From the NCBI GenBank assembly GCA_020057295.1, contig JAGVGF010000002.1:32001-96000 (forward strand): 64,000 bases of DNA, read 5' to 3'. A program made the translations under genes and the position numbers. The notes beneath the pieces are model-generated. The model was not told the origin of the DNA. It did not search any database and saw only the letters and a program-made list of their open reading frames with translations. This document shows positions 8,756-18,070 of the stretch, piece after piece. The number at the start of each line of letters is the position of its first letter. The first letter of the stretch is position 1. Source of the DNA: an archaeon. GTDB lineage: Archaea; Nanobdellota; Nanobdellia; Woesearchaeales; UBA9642.

Positions 8756-9901
8756 TTATTTTCTTTTTCCACCAAACATTTTATTTAATACATCATCCAT
8801 TTGTGCTTTTTGTTGTGGAGTCATTTTAGTAATTCTGTTTCTTGGATCTTTATCATTTGATACTCTAGTTTCTGCTACGCGTATTTTGTCTGCTTCTGGA
8901 CTTTCCTTCTTTAAACTCTTGTCAATGCCGTTAATGTCTTTCATTATATCATCTACTTCTCGAAGGCCAGAGCTTCTATCCTTGAACTTTATTACATCAT
9001 AACAATATTCTGTAATATTTTCAGCAGTAAGTCCAAATTTTTCGAAAAGTTCAGCTGATTTTCCTGATTCTCCAAATTCATCTCTTATTCCTAAGATTTT
9101 TATTGGAACCTTTGATAATGATAACGCTTCAACAACTGCACTTCCTAATCCACCATATATTGAATGTTCTTCAACTGTAACAACAGCCTTACATTTTTGC
9201 GCCTGTTTTAATAATGCTTCTTTATCTAAAGGTTTTATTGTATGCATATTCATTACTGTCGCGCTTACTCCTTGATCTTCTAGCATTTTTGCTGCACGTA
9301 ATGCTTCATTAACCATTAATCCACATGCAACAATAAGTACATCATGTCCATCTTTCAAAATGTTTGCCTTACCAATTTTAAAATCAGAATACTCGTGAGT
9401 TATTACAGCACCAGGTTCTCTAGATAATCTTAAATAACATGGTCCATTAATCTTAACAATTCCATCTAAAGCCTTCTGAGCTTCTAGAGCATCACATGGA
9501 ACAACAACAGTAAAGTTTGGCATAGTTCTAAATAATGAAATATCTTCTTCACACATTTGACTAACGCCATCCATTCCAAGATTTATGCCAGCATAATGTC
9601 CCACAATCTTAACGTTAGATTTATTTATTGCAATAAGTCTTATTTGTTCATGTCCCCTTAAACAGAATGCAGCAAAAGTATTTGTAATAGGAATTTTATC
9701 TTCCAAACCTAATCCGTTAGCAATTCCAAACATATCCTGCTCAGAAATTCCTACTTGAATAAAACGTTCAGGATATTTATCAACAAACTCCTTAACACCA
9801 GAAGATTTAGCCAAATCCGCAGTAAGTACAACAATGTTAGGATTATCTAACTCTGCAAGTTTCTTTCCATATCCATCACGTGTTGAGATTTTAGCTAACA
9901 T
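8756..9901 (-). CDS. Transketolase C-terminal subunit, with extra charged C-terminal tail
   Basis: TRDGYG, TADL, QVGISEQDM, EQIR, YLRLSR, TIKPLD, VEEHSIYGGLG, FGESG. Confidence 0.92.
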   Translation of the reverse strand: MLAKISTRDGYGKKLAELDNPNIVVLTADLAKSSGVKEFVDKYPERFIQVGISEQDMFGIANGLGLEDKIPITNTFAAFCLRGHEQIRLIAINKSNVKIVGHYAGINLGMDGVSQMCEEDISLFRTMPNFTVVVPCDALEAQKALDGIVKINGPCYLRLSREPGAVITHEYSDFKIGKANILKDGHDVLIVACGLMVNEALRAAKMLEDQGVSATVMNMHTIKPLDKEALLKQAQKCKAVVTVEEHSIYGGLGSAVVEALSLSKVPIKILGIRDEFGESGKSAELFEKFGLTAENITEYCYDVIKFKDRSSGLREVDDIMKDINGIDKSLKKESPEADKIRVAETRVSNDKDPRNRITKMTPQQKAQMDDVLNKMFGGKRK

Positions 9902-9930
9902 TTTAATCTTATTTTTTTATTTCTATCTCA

Positions 9931-10545
9931 TCATTTTTTCCCATTAGTTTTTGTTGCATAGTTTGTTATTGCAATTGCGAGTATTAGTACGTTGAATGCA
10001 CTTCCTATTAATGCGTTTAGGACCGCTACGGTTTTATTTAATCCCATAGGGCATATGTCTCCATACCCTACTGTGAAAAATGTTATTGCACTAAAATATG
10101 GGTAATGGAATGTTTTAATTACTAGATTAGGATCATTTAACATTGTGTCTTTTGTAATTGATGTATTATCTATGCATTCTCCGTATCTTAGATATCCTGT
10201 TCCTGTAAGTGCGATTCCCCAGTATGCTATTGCAAATAATACTATAATAAACAGTACTGATGTTACATATCCGATAAGTATTTCTCTTATTGTTAATTCA
10301 TGATGTAGTAGCTTTGCGATGTTCATCTGCACTCTACTCACTAGAAAAGATATGAAATATGCTAATAATACAAAACCTATTATTACCGAAACTGTTCCCT
10401 GATTTATTACAAGAAATATTATGCTAAGAATATATAATGTAATGAATGTTATGAAAAAATGATTTAACGATAAATTCCATATTCTTCTAAATAGTCCTAT
10501 ATTTTCTTTTATTTTTCTATTTGCTTCATTTATTTTCTTTATCAT
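9931..10545 (-). CDS. Potassium channel family protein (Ion_trans_2)
   Basis: YFSAITFFTVGYGDICP selectivity filter; flanking TM helices. Confidence 0.9.
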   Translation of the reverse strand: MIKKINEANRKIKENIGLFRRIWNLSLNHFFITFITLYILSIIFLVINQGTVSVIIGFVLLAYFISFLVSRVQMNIAKLLHHELTIREILIGYVTSVLFIIVLFAIAYWGIALTGTGYLRYGECIDNTSITKDTMLNDPNLVIKTFHYPYFSAITFFTVGYGDICPMGLNKTVAVLNALIGSAFNVLILAIAITNYATKTNGKK

Positions 10546-11375
10546 TCTGATTCTAACTCCTTTAACGCTTTCTGATATTCTTCATCATTAGGAGCTTTAC
10601 CGTGCCATTCAGCAGTGTTCTCCATAAATGAGACTCCTTTACCTTTGATTGTATTAGCTAGTATTATTACGTTCTTTCCTTTATCACTTAATGTTTTTGC
10701 AAAATTATATGTATTAATTAATTCATTAATATCATGTCCATCAACTTCTAACACTTCATAATTGAATGCCTTAAATTTAGCATTCAGTGGTTCAAGATTC
10801 TTTACATCAATGTTTGAGCCATCTAATTGCACTTTATTATTATCGACAATTATTATAAGATTACTTAAATTATATTTTTGTATTGTTGCAAGAGATTCCC
10901 ATATTTGACCCTCGTTTAATTCTCCGTCACCAAGCATACAATATATTTTAGCTGAATTATTATCTAATCGTAACGCAAATGCTTTACCAGCAGCAATAGA
11001 TAATCCTTGACCTAAGCTTCCACTGGTTGTTTCCATTAATGGAAATTTACTCTTATCAGGATGCCCTTGTAGTCTTGAATTAATCTTTCTAAAATTTAAT
11101 AATTCGTCAGGATCAAAATATCCTGCATGCGCAAGTACAGCGTAATATGCTGGAGTACAATGTCCCTTACTTAATATGAATCTATCTCTTGTTTTATCTG
11201 CTAAATGTTCAGGATCATGATTCATAGCATTAAAGAATAATGTGACAAGCAATTCCGTTGCCGAAAAAGAACCACCAATATGTCCAGAACCAGCATTATA
11301 TACCATTAACAGTATATCTCTACGAACTTCTCTACAAACAGAAGCTAACTCACCCACATCATCAATTCTATGCAT
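10542..11375 (-). CDS. Transketolase N-terminal (ThDP-binding) subunit
   Basis: GSGHIGGS, DRFILSKGH, LQGHP, GSLGQG, GDGELNEG, TIKGKG, WHGKAP. Confidence 0.95.
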   Translation of the reverse strand: MHRIDDVGELASVCREVRRDILLMVYNAGSGHIGGSFSATELLVTLFFNAMNHDPEHLADKTRDRFILSKGHCTPAYYAVLAHAGYFDPDELLNFRKINSRLQGHPDKSKFPLMETTSGSLGQGLSIAAGKAFALRLDNNSAKIYCMLGDGELNEGQIWESLATIQKYNLSNLIIIVDNNKVQLDGSNIDVKNLEPLNAKFKAFNYEVLEVDGHDINELINTYNFAKTLSDKGKNVIILANTIKGKGVSFMENTAEWHGKAPNDEEYQKALKELESE

Positions 11376-11490
11376 ATACCATTATGTAAAAAAGATTATT
11401 TATATAGTTAGCGTTTTAATATGATTTATCCTTAATTATTAAATAGAAAAATAAAATAATAATACACAAAAACTAGAGAATTTTTCGTGT

Positions 11491-11643
11491 TTACTCTTCG
11501 TCAGCAAATTTCTTTATCAAATCAAAGTGTTCTACTATTAATTTTGCTTTTGCCTTTCCAAACTGGAATGGATATTGATCATTATCATCTTTCTTTAATA
11601 TAATCATCTTATGCCCTTTAAACTCGCCATAATCTACTCCCAT
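11491..11643 (-). CDS. 50-aa small protein, possibly PC4/p15-like nucleic-acid-binding fold
   Basis: Hand translation MGVDYGEFKGHKMIILKKDDNDQYPFQFGKAKAKLIVEHFDLIKKFADEE; SD GGGTGA 4 nt upstream of the ATG; below the ORF-track cutoff. Confidence 0.75.
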   Translation of the reverse strand: MGVDYGEFKGHKMIILKKDDNDQYPFQFGKAKAKLIVEHFDLIKKFADEE

Positions 11644-11814
11644 GATATCACCCTAAATAGTTTTTAGTTAAGAATTAGTCATGGACTTTTAAATTTAATG
11701 ATTGAAAAATAATAAAAGATATATTAAGTATACTTACTATATAATTTCATAAAATTTAAATATACCTAAAAAGTCCATATTTCAAGGTGAATACGTATAA
11801 ATCACACTTTTGAC

Positions 11815-12213
11815 ATGGCTAATACAAAGGATAATTTTAAAAAATTTGCACCTATAATACTAAGATACGGGATAGGATTAGTATACTTATGGTTTGGTAT
11901 AAGTCAGTTATTAAGTCCTGAAAATTTTGTCGGATATCTACCGGATTTTATCTTTAATTCAAGTTATGCTACTACTTTCGTCATTATTAATGGGATATTT
12001 GAGATAATTGCTTCAATACTATTACTATCAGGTATTTTTACAAGGATAGTTGCAATACTTTTAGCTTTACATTTACTTGCAATAACAATTGATGTGGGCT
12101 ATGGTGAAATCGGTGTAAGAGATTTCGGTTTAACAATAGCTACTATAACGATATTTTTATGGGGTGAAGATGAATGGTGTATGGAGAAAAAATGGAAAAA
12201 GACAAACAATTAA
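11815..12213 (+). CDS. DoxX family membrane protein
   Basis: ILRYGIGLVYLWFG, GIFEI, LLLSGIFTR, VRDFGL. Confidence 0.85.
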   Translation: MANTKDNFKKFAPIILRYGIGLVYLWFGISQLLSPENFVGYLPDFIFNSSYATTFVIINGIFEIIASILLLSGIFTRIVAILLALHLLAITIDVGYGEIGVRDFGLTIATITIFLWGEDEWCMEKKWKKTNN

Positions 12214-12791
12214 TTTCGGTTCCGATATTTTCGGAAAAACCTGTTAATGAAAAAAATGAAAATTTTATGAGATTTGCATTAATGATATTCGCATTATTTG
12301 CAACAGCATCTTTGTTAATTACAGGATGTTCAGCAAGTACTCCTGTTACACAACCAAATCCTTCAGATTTAAGCAATCCTAATGCTGCAAATGCTGGAGG
12401 GGTAACTCCATTAAATGAATCTAAAAATGTTAGTATAGATGCAACTAATAAGTCTGAAATTCAAAAAACTCAGGATACTATCACAAATTTTGTTATTGCT
12501 GACGGAACGTATGCTGATCCAGTAACATATATGTCTCCAGGCGGTCAAAATAGTATTAAAATAAGTGTTACTACAAAAGGCGATGTTGTAACTGATGCAT
12601 CTGTCACAGTAATAAATTGTGATATGACATCACAACGTTATGTAGGACAGTTTAACACAGCGCTTCCAAGCTTAGTTGTTGGAAAGAAGATAAGCGATAT
12701 TACTATTCCGCATACAGTAAGCGGAAGTTCGTTAACATCTGCCGCGTTCGCAAAACATTTGAAAGACTTGGTTGTACAACATCCAGGATAA
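12192..12791 (+). CDS. FMN-binding domain lipoprotein (probable ApbE substrate)
   Basis: Lipobox-like LLITGC, low-complexity linker, DGTY...YMSPGG, LVVGK, VSGSSLTS (SGAT/S-type flavinylation motif). Start codon uncertain. Confidence 0.8.
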   Translation: MEKDKQLISVPIFSEKPVNEKNENFMRFALMIFALFATASLLITGCSASTPVTQPNPSDLSNPNAANAGGVTPLNESKNVSIDATNKSEIQKTQDTITNFVIADGTYADPVTYMSPGGQNSIKISVTTKGDVVTDASVTVINCDMTSQRYVGQFNTALPSLVVGKKISDITIPHTVSGSSLTSAAFAKHLKDLVVQHPG

Positions 12792-12870
12792 ATTCATCCA
12801 GAATATTTTTTATTATTATTTTTATTATTTTTTACTATTATTTTATATGTTTTCGTAAAACATTAACGAT

Positions 12871-13785
12871 GTGATTTTAATGAATTTCTTATCAAGGGAA
12901 GGAGAGTATTTAGGGAGTCATTTTGAGATTAAACTTCCAGAAGAAAACATTTCTTTATGTGATGAATGTTTTGCTGAATTAAAGCGTATAGAACAGGAAT
13001 ATTCAAGATTCTTAGATACTTCGGAACTTTCTAAAATAAATTCTAAATTAGGAATATGGCATGATATTAGTCCAGAATTTGTTTCTTTAGTAAAAAAAGC
13101 TTTAGAATTCAATAAATTAACAAATGGAAATTTTGATATAACACTAAAATCATCATTAGATTCATTAGGGTACGATAAGAATTATTCATTCTCAAAAAAA
13201 TCTGAAATCAGAGAGCATCTTATTTCTCGCATAAAAAATAAAATCCAAAACAAGTTAAATCCTGTTGTTTTAGATGAAAAACATAACAAAATCTTATTGC
13301 GTAAAGAGATTGAATTAGGAGGATTCGGCAAAGGATATTGTCTGGATAGGTTATCAAAAATATTAGAATCTAAAAGCGTTACAAATTATTATATTAATGG
13401 TGGCGGAGACATATACGCTAAAAAAGAAGATGAGAATGATTCATGGACTGTGTTATTAGAACATCCAGATGATTCTGAACGTGCGATAGGTCAAATAAAT
13501 TTAAATGGGATGGCAATAGCCGGTTCAGCTCCCAACAGAAGAAAATGGGGCAAATATCATCATTTACTTAATTCGAAAACTAAACTTCCACAAGATTCAG
13601 TAAAATGTATCTTTGTGCTAGCAAAAACCGGCATTGAGGCAGACGCACATGCCACAAGTTTATTCACAGCAGGATTTGACGAGGGAATTAAACTCGCAAA
13701 CAAGTTATCTATAGATATATTGATTGTCTCAAAAGAAGACAAAATGTATATTAGTCCAGGATTTAAAGTAGAATTATTCTCCTAA
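12871..13785 (+). CDS. apbE: FAD:protein FMN transferase
   Basis: TNGNFDIT, ELGGFGKGY, INGGGDI, YHHLLN, EADAHATSLF; no signal peptide seen. Confidence 0.92.
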   Translation: MILMNFLSREGEYLGSHFEIKLPEENISLCDECFAELKRIEQEYSRFLDTSELSKINSKLGIWHDISPEFVSLVKKALEFNKLTNGNFDITLKSSLDSLGYDKNYSFSKKSEIREHLISRIKNKIQNKLNPVVLDEKHNKILLRKEIELGGFGKGYCLDRLSKILESKSVTNYYINGGGDIYAKKEDENDSWTVLLEHPDDSERAIGQINLNGMAIAGSAPNRRKWGKYHHLLNSKTKLPQDSVKCIFVLAKTGIEADAHATSLFTAGFDEGIKLANKLSIDILIVSKEDKMYISPGFKVELFS

Positions 13786-13837
13786 GAATTGTTTAATTAA
13801 TAGAATAATTAATAAAAAATAAAAATAAGTATATGAT

Positions 13838-14272
13838 TTATGGTCCTAATCTTCTTTCTAAATCTGCTTTTGTTTTACGTGCTGCAATAATTGTTTCTTG
13901 ATTAATCATATTCTGATATTTTGGTTGTGCACTTCTTTCTATTACAACATTACAGATATGTACTCCTAACCTTTGTACTGTTGTACTTCTAAAATAATCT
14001 TCTAATGCTAGTACTCCTGTAAAACTTGTACCGTTAATTCCATTTGTTCCGTTTCCATGCACTCCTAATCGTAATTCTCTGTGATTTGTATTAATGCTTG
14101 TTATCCTAACACCGTACATTTCTTCAAATCTTCTTACTGCCTCACAATTTGGATTCGCGCCTTCTTTTGGAGGGGTTTCTTGATAGAATCCTAGCTCTAT
14201 CTTTATACCGTGAACAAATTGTTTTAATTTTTCTGCGCTATATCTTGGCGGCATTTCTAGTTGTTTACTCAT
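13838..14272 (-). CDS. Hypothetical protein
   Basis: 144 aa ORF with upstream GAGG and TATA-like box; no family recognised. Confidence 0.65.
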   Translation of the reverse strand: MSKQLEMPPRYSAEKLKQFVHGIKIELGFYQETPPKEGANPNCEAVRRFEEMYGVRITSINTNHRELRLGVHGNGTNGINGTSFTGVLALEDYFRSTTVQRLGVHICNVVIERSAQPKYQNMINQETIIAARKTKADLERRLGP

Positions 14273-14413
14273 ATAAAATCAATCCTCGCTTAACTACTTA
14301 AGAATAACAAACTTTTGAGCTATTTATAAATTTTACTCTAAGAATGATGCTCTTCTTTTTATCTCTTTTTTCAAGTAACAACTTTTTTAAAGGAATTATC
14401 ACTCCCAAATGTC

Positions 14414-15001
14414 ATGACAAAAAAACACGAAACCAAAAAAGATTATGTATTTCATGCATCTCCGGTGCAGAATCTTCATGAGATAAGTCCTCATGAATCC
14501 GAAGCGTATATAAGATTGCATATGCAGTTTCCTGCAGTATTTGCATGTAAAACAAGTGATATTGCAGCAGTATTTCTAGGACACCTAGGTGGAGATAGCA
14601 CTTGCGAAATAAGATTAGAACATTCCATACCAGTACTTTACGAAAAATTTGCTGGAGCATTCCATTTAAGATATGGTGCTGATAATGGTATTAAAAGACA
14701 AGGATCAATATATGTTCTCCCAAGAGAAACTTTTGTTAAGAGAGCAGTATGGGTTGGAGGATTAGCTTCCGAACAACCAGTAGTTCCATTATTTGAGATG
14801 AAGATACCGGATGTAGAATCATATTTAAGAATGTTAAATGCAGATAATAGGATATCGATTAAATTGCATGATGGTTCTAATGCTGCTAGTAGGCATTATG
14901 CTGAAGAACAACTAAGAAGCGATAGTCCAGGTGCTACAGAACTAAGAAAGTATCATCCAAGTATAATTGAGTTCTTAGAAAAAAAGAAAAAACATCATTA
15001 G
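14414..15001 (+). CDS. Hypothetical protein, possible ADP-ribosyltransferase-like fold
   Basis: N-terminal VFHAS, then AVFA, GSIYVL and SEQPVVP; spacing resembles Arr-like ART families (inference). Confidence 0.55.
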   Translation: MTKKHETKKDYVFHASPVQNLHEISPHESEAYIRLHMQFPAVFACKTSDIAAVFLGHLGGDSTCEIRLEHSIPVLYEKFAGAFHLRYGADNGIKRQGSIYVLPRETFVKRAVWVGGLASEQPVVPLFEMKIPDVESYLRMLNADNRISIKLHDGSNAASRHYAEEQLRSDSPGATELRKYHPSIIEFLEKKKKHH

Positions 15002-17421
15002 TTATGTAATCCTAATTTTTTTTCAGTCTCGTACACCATCATTGTTGTTTTAATTACTGTGTCTGATGTTAGACTGATGCTTTGAATTCCTGATTCTACA
15101 ACGAATTTTGCAAATTCTGGATACGTACTTGGAGCATCTCCGCAAATTCCTATATATTTTTCTCTTCTATTACAAACTTCAATTACGGATTTTACTAATG
15201 TTTTTATTGCATCATTTCTTTCATCAAATACATGGCTTACAACTTCTGAATCCCTATCAACTGCAAGTGTCATTTGTGTTAAATCGTTTGATCCAATTGA
15301 AAATCCGTCAAAGATATCCATAAATTGATCTGCAAGAATTACGTTGCTTGGAACTTCGCACATTGCATAAACTTTAAGTCCATCTTGTCCTCGGACTAAT
15401 CCGTTGTCTGCCATAACTTTTAAGACTTTATTTCCTTCAGTTATAGTTCTACACATTGGAATCATTATAATAATATTTTTTAGTCCGTATTCATTTCTAA
15501 CTTTTAGTAATGCTTCACATTCCATTTCGAATCCTTTAATATATTTTGGATCGTAATATCTTGCTGCGCCTCTCCAGCCTATCATCGGATTATCTTCTTT
15601 TGGTTCAAATTCTTTTCCGCCGATTAAATTTGCGTATTCATTCGATTTAAAATCAGAGAGTCTTACAATAACTGGTTTCGGATAGAATCCTGCTGCGATC
15701 ATTCCTACGCCTTGAGCAAGCTTTTCCACATAGAATCCTCTTTTTGTTGGATATGCTGCTGTCATTTTTGCAATTTTTTGTTTTGCTTCTTGATCTTTTA
15801 AATTATCAAATCCTAAAAGTGCGAGAGGATGCGCTCCAATTGCATTGTTAAGAACGAATTCTTCTCTTGCTAAACCTACTCCATCATTTGGAAGGAAACT
15901 TAATTCGAATGCTTGACTTGGATCTCCGACATTCATCATTATGTGCGTCTTTGGCCTTTTTAATGTTCCAAGATCTAATTCATTAACATCAAATATTAAT
16001 TGTCCATCATATACAAATCCTTCATCTCCTTGTGAGCAATCAACTGTGACATTTTGTCCTTGTTTTATTTTATCTGTTCCTTCAGTTGTTCCTACGACAC
16101 ACGGAATTCCAAGTTCTCTTGAAATAATTGCTGCATGGCAAGTTCTTCCTCCACGATTTGTTACAATTGCTGAAGCGATTTTCATTATTGGTTCCCAATC
16201 AGGATCAGTCATTTCAGTTACTAATACTTCTCCTTTTTTGAAAAGTCCAATATCTTTTACGCTTTTAATTACATTTGCAGTTCCTTTTCCGATTCTTGAA
16301 CCAACACTTTTTCCTTTTACAACAACTGGTCCTTTTTCTTTTAAGGCGTATGTTATCATTTTTGTAATGTCTTTTTTACTTTGAACTGTTTCTGGTCTTG
16401 CTTGTACAATAAATAATTGTCCTGTTATTCCATCTTTTGCCCATTCCATATCCATAGGTTTTAAGTGTCCTGCTTTTGTTGAATAATGATCTTCGATTGT
16501 GCAAGCCCATCTTGCAAGTGTTAAAACTTCTTCATCAGTCATGCAGAATTTTGCTCTTTCTTCATCAGGAACTGAAATGTTCTTTGTAGGTTTGGTTCCT
16601 TGTAAATCATAGACTAATCTTTGTTGTTTTGAACCAACGTTTTTTGAAATTATTGGTTTAAATCCGTTTTTTAATGTTGGTTTAAAAACATAGAACTCGT
16701 CAGGATTAACTGCTCCTAAAACAATGTTTTCTCCAAGACCATATGATCCAGTCACTAAAACTGCATCTTTAAATCCTGATTCGGTATCGATAGAAAACAT
16801 AACTCCTGAACATGCTAAGTCAGAACGAACCATCTTTTGAACACCAACACTTAATGCAATTGAAAAATGATCAAAATTCTTGTCTACTCTGTATGAAATT
16901 GCACGATTTGTAAATAATGATGCAATACATTTTTTTACAGCTTCTAAAATTTGATAATCTCCGCGAATGTTTAAATAAGATTCTTGTTGTCCTGCGAATG
17001 ATGCATCTGGTAAATCTTCAGCTGTTGCTGAACTTCTTACTGCAACATCAGTATCTGATCGATCTTTATTGTATGCGCCACATAAATCTCTATACGCGCT
17101 TAGAACTGCAACTTTTAATTCGTTAGGAAATTCCGCTTTTAGAATTGTTTCTCTAACTTTATGTCCTCTTTCTTGAAGATTTTGCATATCTCCTGTGTTT
17201 AAGTCTGATAAAATTTCTTTAATCCTATTTTTTATTCCTGCTTTTTCAAGGAAATATCTGTAAGCATATGCAGTTAGTGCAAATCCGTTTGGGATTCTAA
17301 CTCCTTTAGGAGTAAGGTTTACATACATTTCACCAAGTGAAGCATTTTTTCCGCCGACATACTGAACATCGTCATTGCTTAATTGATCAAACCAAAGAAT
17401 AAACATGCTACTTTTATCCAC
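14998..17421 (-). CDS. ppsA: Phosphoenolpyruvate synthase
   Basis: VGGKNASLGEM, VAVRSSATAEDLPDASFAGQQ, GGRTCHAAI (phospho-His), ENPMIG-like DNPMIGWRG, FSIGSNDLTQ. GTG at 17421 follows SD GAGGGTG. Confidence 0.97.
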   Translation of the reverse strand: MDKSSMFILWFDQLSNDDVQYVGGKNASLGEMYVNLTPKGVRIPNGFALTAYAYRYFLEKAGIKNRIKEILSDLNTGDMQNLQERGHKVRETILKAEFPNELKVAVLSAYRDLCGAYNKDRSDTDVAVRSSATAEDLPDASFAGQQESYLNIRGDYQILEAVKKCIASLFTNRAISYRVDKNFDHFSIALSVGVQKMVRSDLACSGVMFSIDTESGFKDAVLVTGSYGLGENIVLGAVNPDEFYVFKPTLKNGFKPIISKNVGSKQQRLVYDLQGTKPTKNISVPDEERAKFCMTDEEVLTLARWACTIEDHYSTKAGHLKPMDMEWAKDGITGQLFIVQARPETVQSKKDITKMITYALKEKGPVVVKGKSVGSRIGKGTANVIKSVKDIGLFKKGEVLVTEMTDPDWEPIMKIASAIVTNRGGRTCHAAIISRELGIPCVVGTTEGTDKIKQGQNVTVDCSQGDEGFVYDGQLIFDVNELDLGTLKRPKTHIMMNVGDPSQAFELSFLPNDGVGLAREEFVLNNAIGAHPLALLGFDNLKDQEAKQKIAKMTAAYPTKRGFYVEKLAQGVGMIAAGFYPKPVIVRLSDFKSNEYANLIGGKEFEPKEDNPMIGWRGAARYYDPKYIKGFEMECEALLKVRNEYGLKNIIIMIPMCRTITEGNKVLKVMADNGLVRGQDGLKVYAMCEVPSNVILADQFMDIFDGFSIGSNDLTQMTLAVDRDSEVVSHVFDERNDAIKTLVKSVIEVCNRREKYIGICGDAPSTYPEFAKFVVESGIQSISLTSDTVIKTTMMVYETEKKLGLHN

Positions 17422-17454
17422 ACAAACCACCCTCTTTTATTAAATAATTATGAT

Positions 17455-17497
17455 AGGACTCTAAAGAAGAGTATCTCACCCCTTTTCCCCGAGTCCT
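17455..17497 (-). promoter_or_regulatory. Putative structured 5' leader hairpin upstream of ppsA
   Basis: Perfect AGGACTC/GAGTCCT outer stem enclosing a G-rich/pyrimidine-rich inner stem; lies between a TATA box (17533-17544) and the SD. Confidence 0.45.
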
Positions 17498-17590
17498 TAA
17501 TCTTGATAATAGTTAAAAATCTGCCGCATGAGTATATAAAGTTTTGTTATTATTATATAGTAGAATTATCTTATTTATTGTCTATTTATC

Positions 17591-18070
17591 TTAAGAATCT
17601 TCTTCATCATCTTTACTTGTTTCTTCAAGTAATTCCACATTTTTACTTTTCAAGTATTCTTTAAGCTCTTTTCTCGTCACAAATGATGTAGGATTCCACA
17701 TTGCTAAATATTTTTCTATAACTTTAACGTCGCTCTTCATTGCAACATTATCCATTTCAGATCCGAATACTAATACTTTTTCAGAAAAATCATTTGTATT
17801 ACGTTTTAGTTCTAGTAATTCATCATTAAAACTTCTTAACTCTTTAGCATATCCTCTTTCTGATTCTATCATATTCTGGTCTGTCAATTGAAGTTTTTTT
17901 CTAAGATTTCCATATCTTTCTTCTAGAACTCTTAATCTTCTATCAAGATCAGAAATAATGCTCGCTATTTGCGCATATTCGTTAGTTCCCTTACCATCAT
18001 CTTTAGGTTGACCTTCTTGAGCATTAGCTAATTCACGTTCAATATGATTCATTGATTGTTCATCAGCCAT
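17591..18070 (-). CDS. Coiled-coil protein divergent from the secretion ATPase
   Basis: Long heptad region (RRLRVLEERYGNLRKKLQ) and C-terminal IEKYLAMWNPTSFVTRKEL. Confidence 0.75.
   Translation of the reverse strand: MADEQSMNHIERELANAQEGQPKDDGKGTNEYAQIASIISDLDRRLRVLEERYGNLRKKLQLTDQNMIESERGYAKELRSFNDELLELKRNTNDFSEKVLVFGSEMDNVAMKSDVKVIEKYLAMWNPTSFVTRKELKEYLKSKNVELLEETSKDDEEDS

Noticed and set aside
15941-16384. 147-aa antisense ORF in ppsA, and the many similar 60-140 aa antisense ORFs in the track
   Set aside because: They are shadows of well-supported genes on the opposite strand, with no motifs or SD sites.
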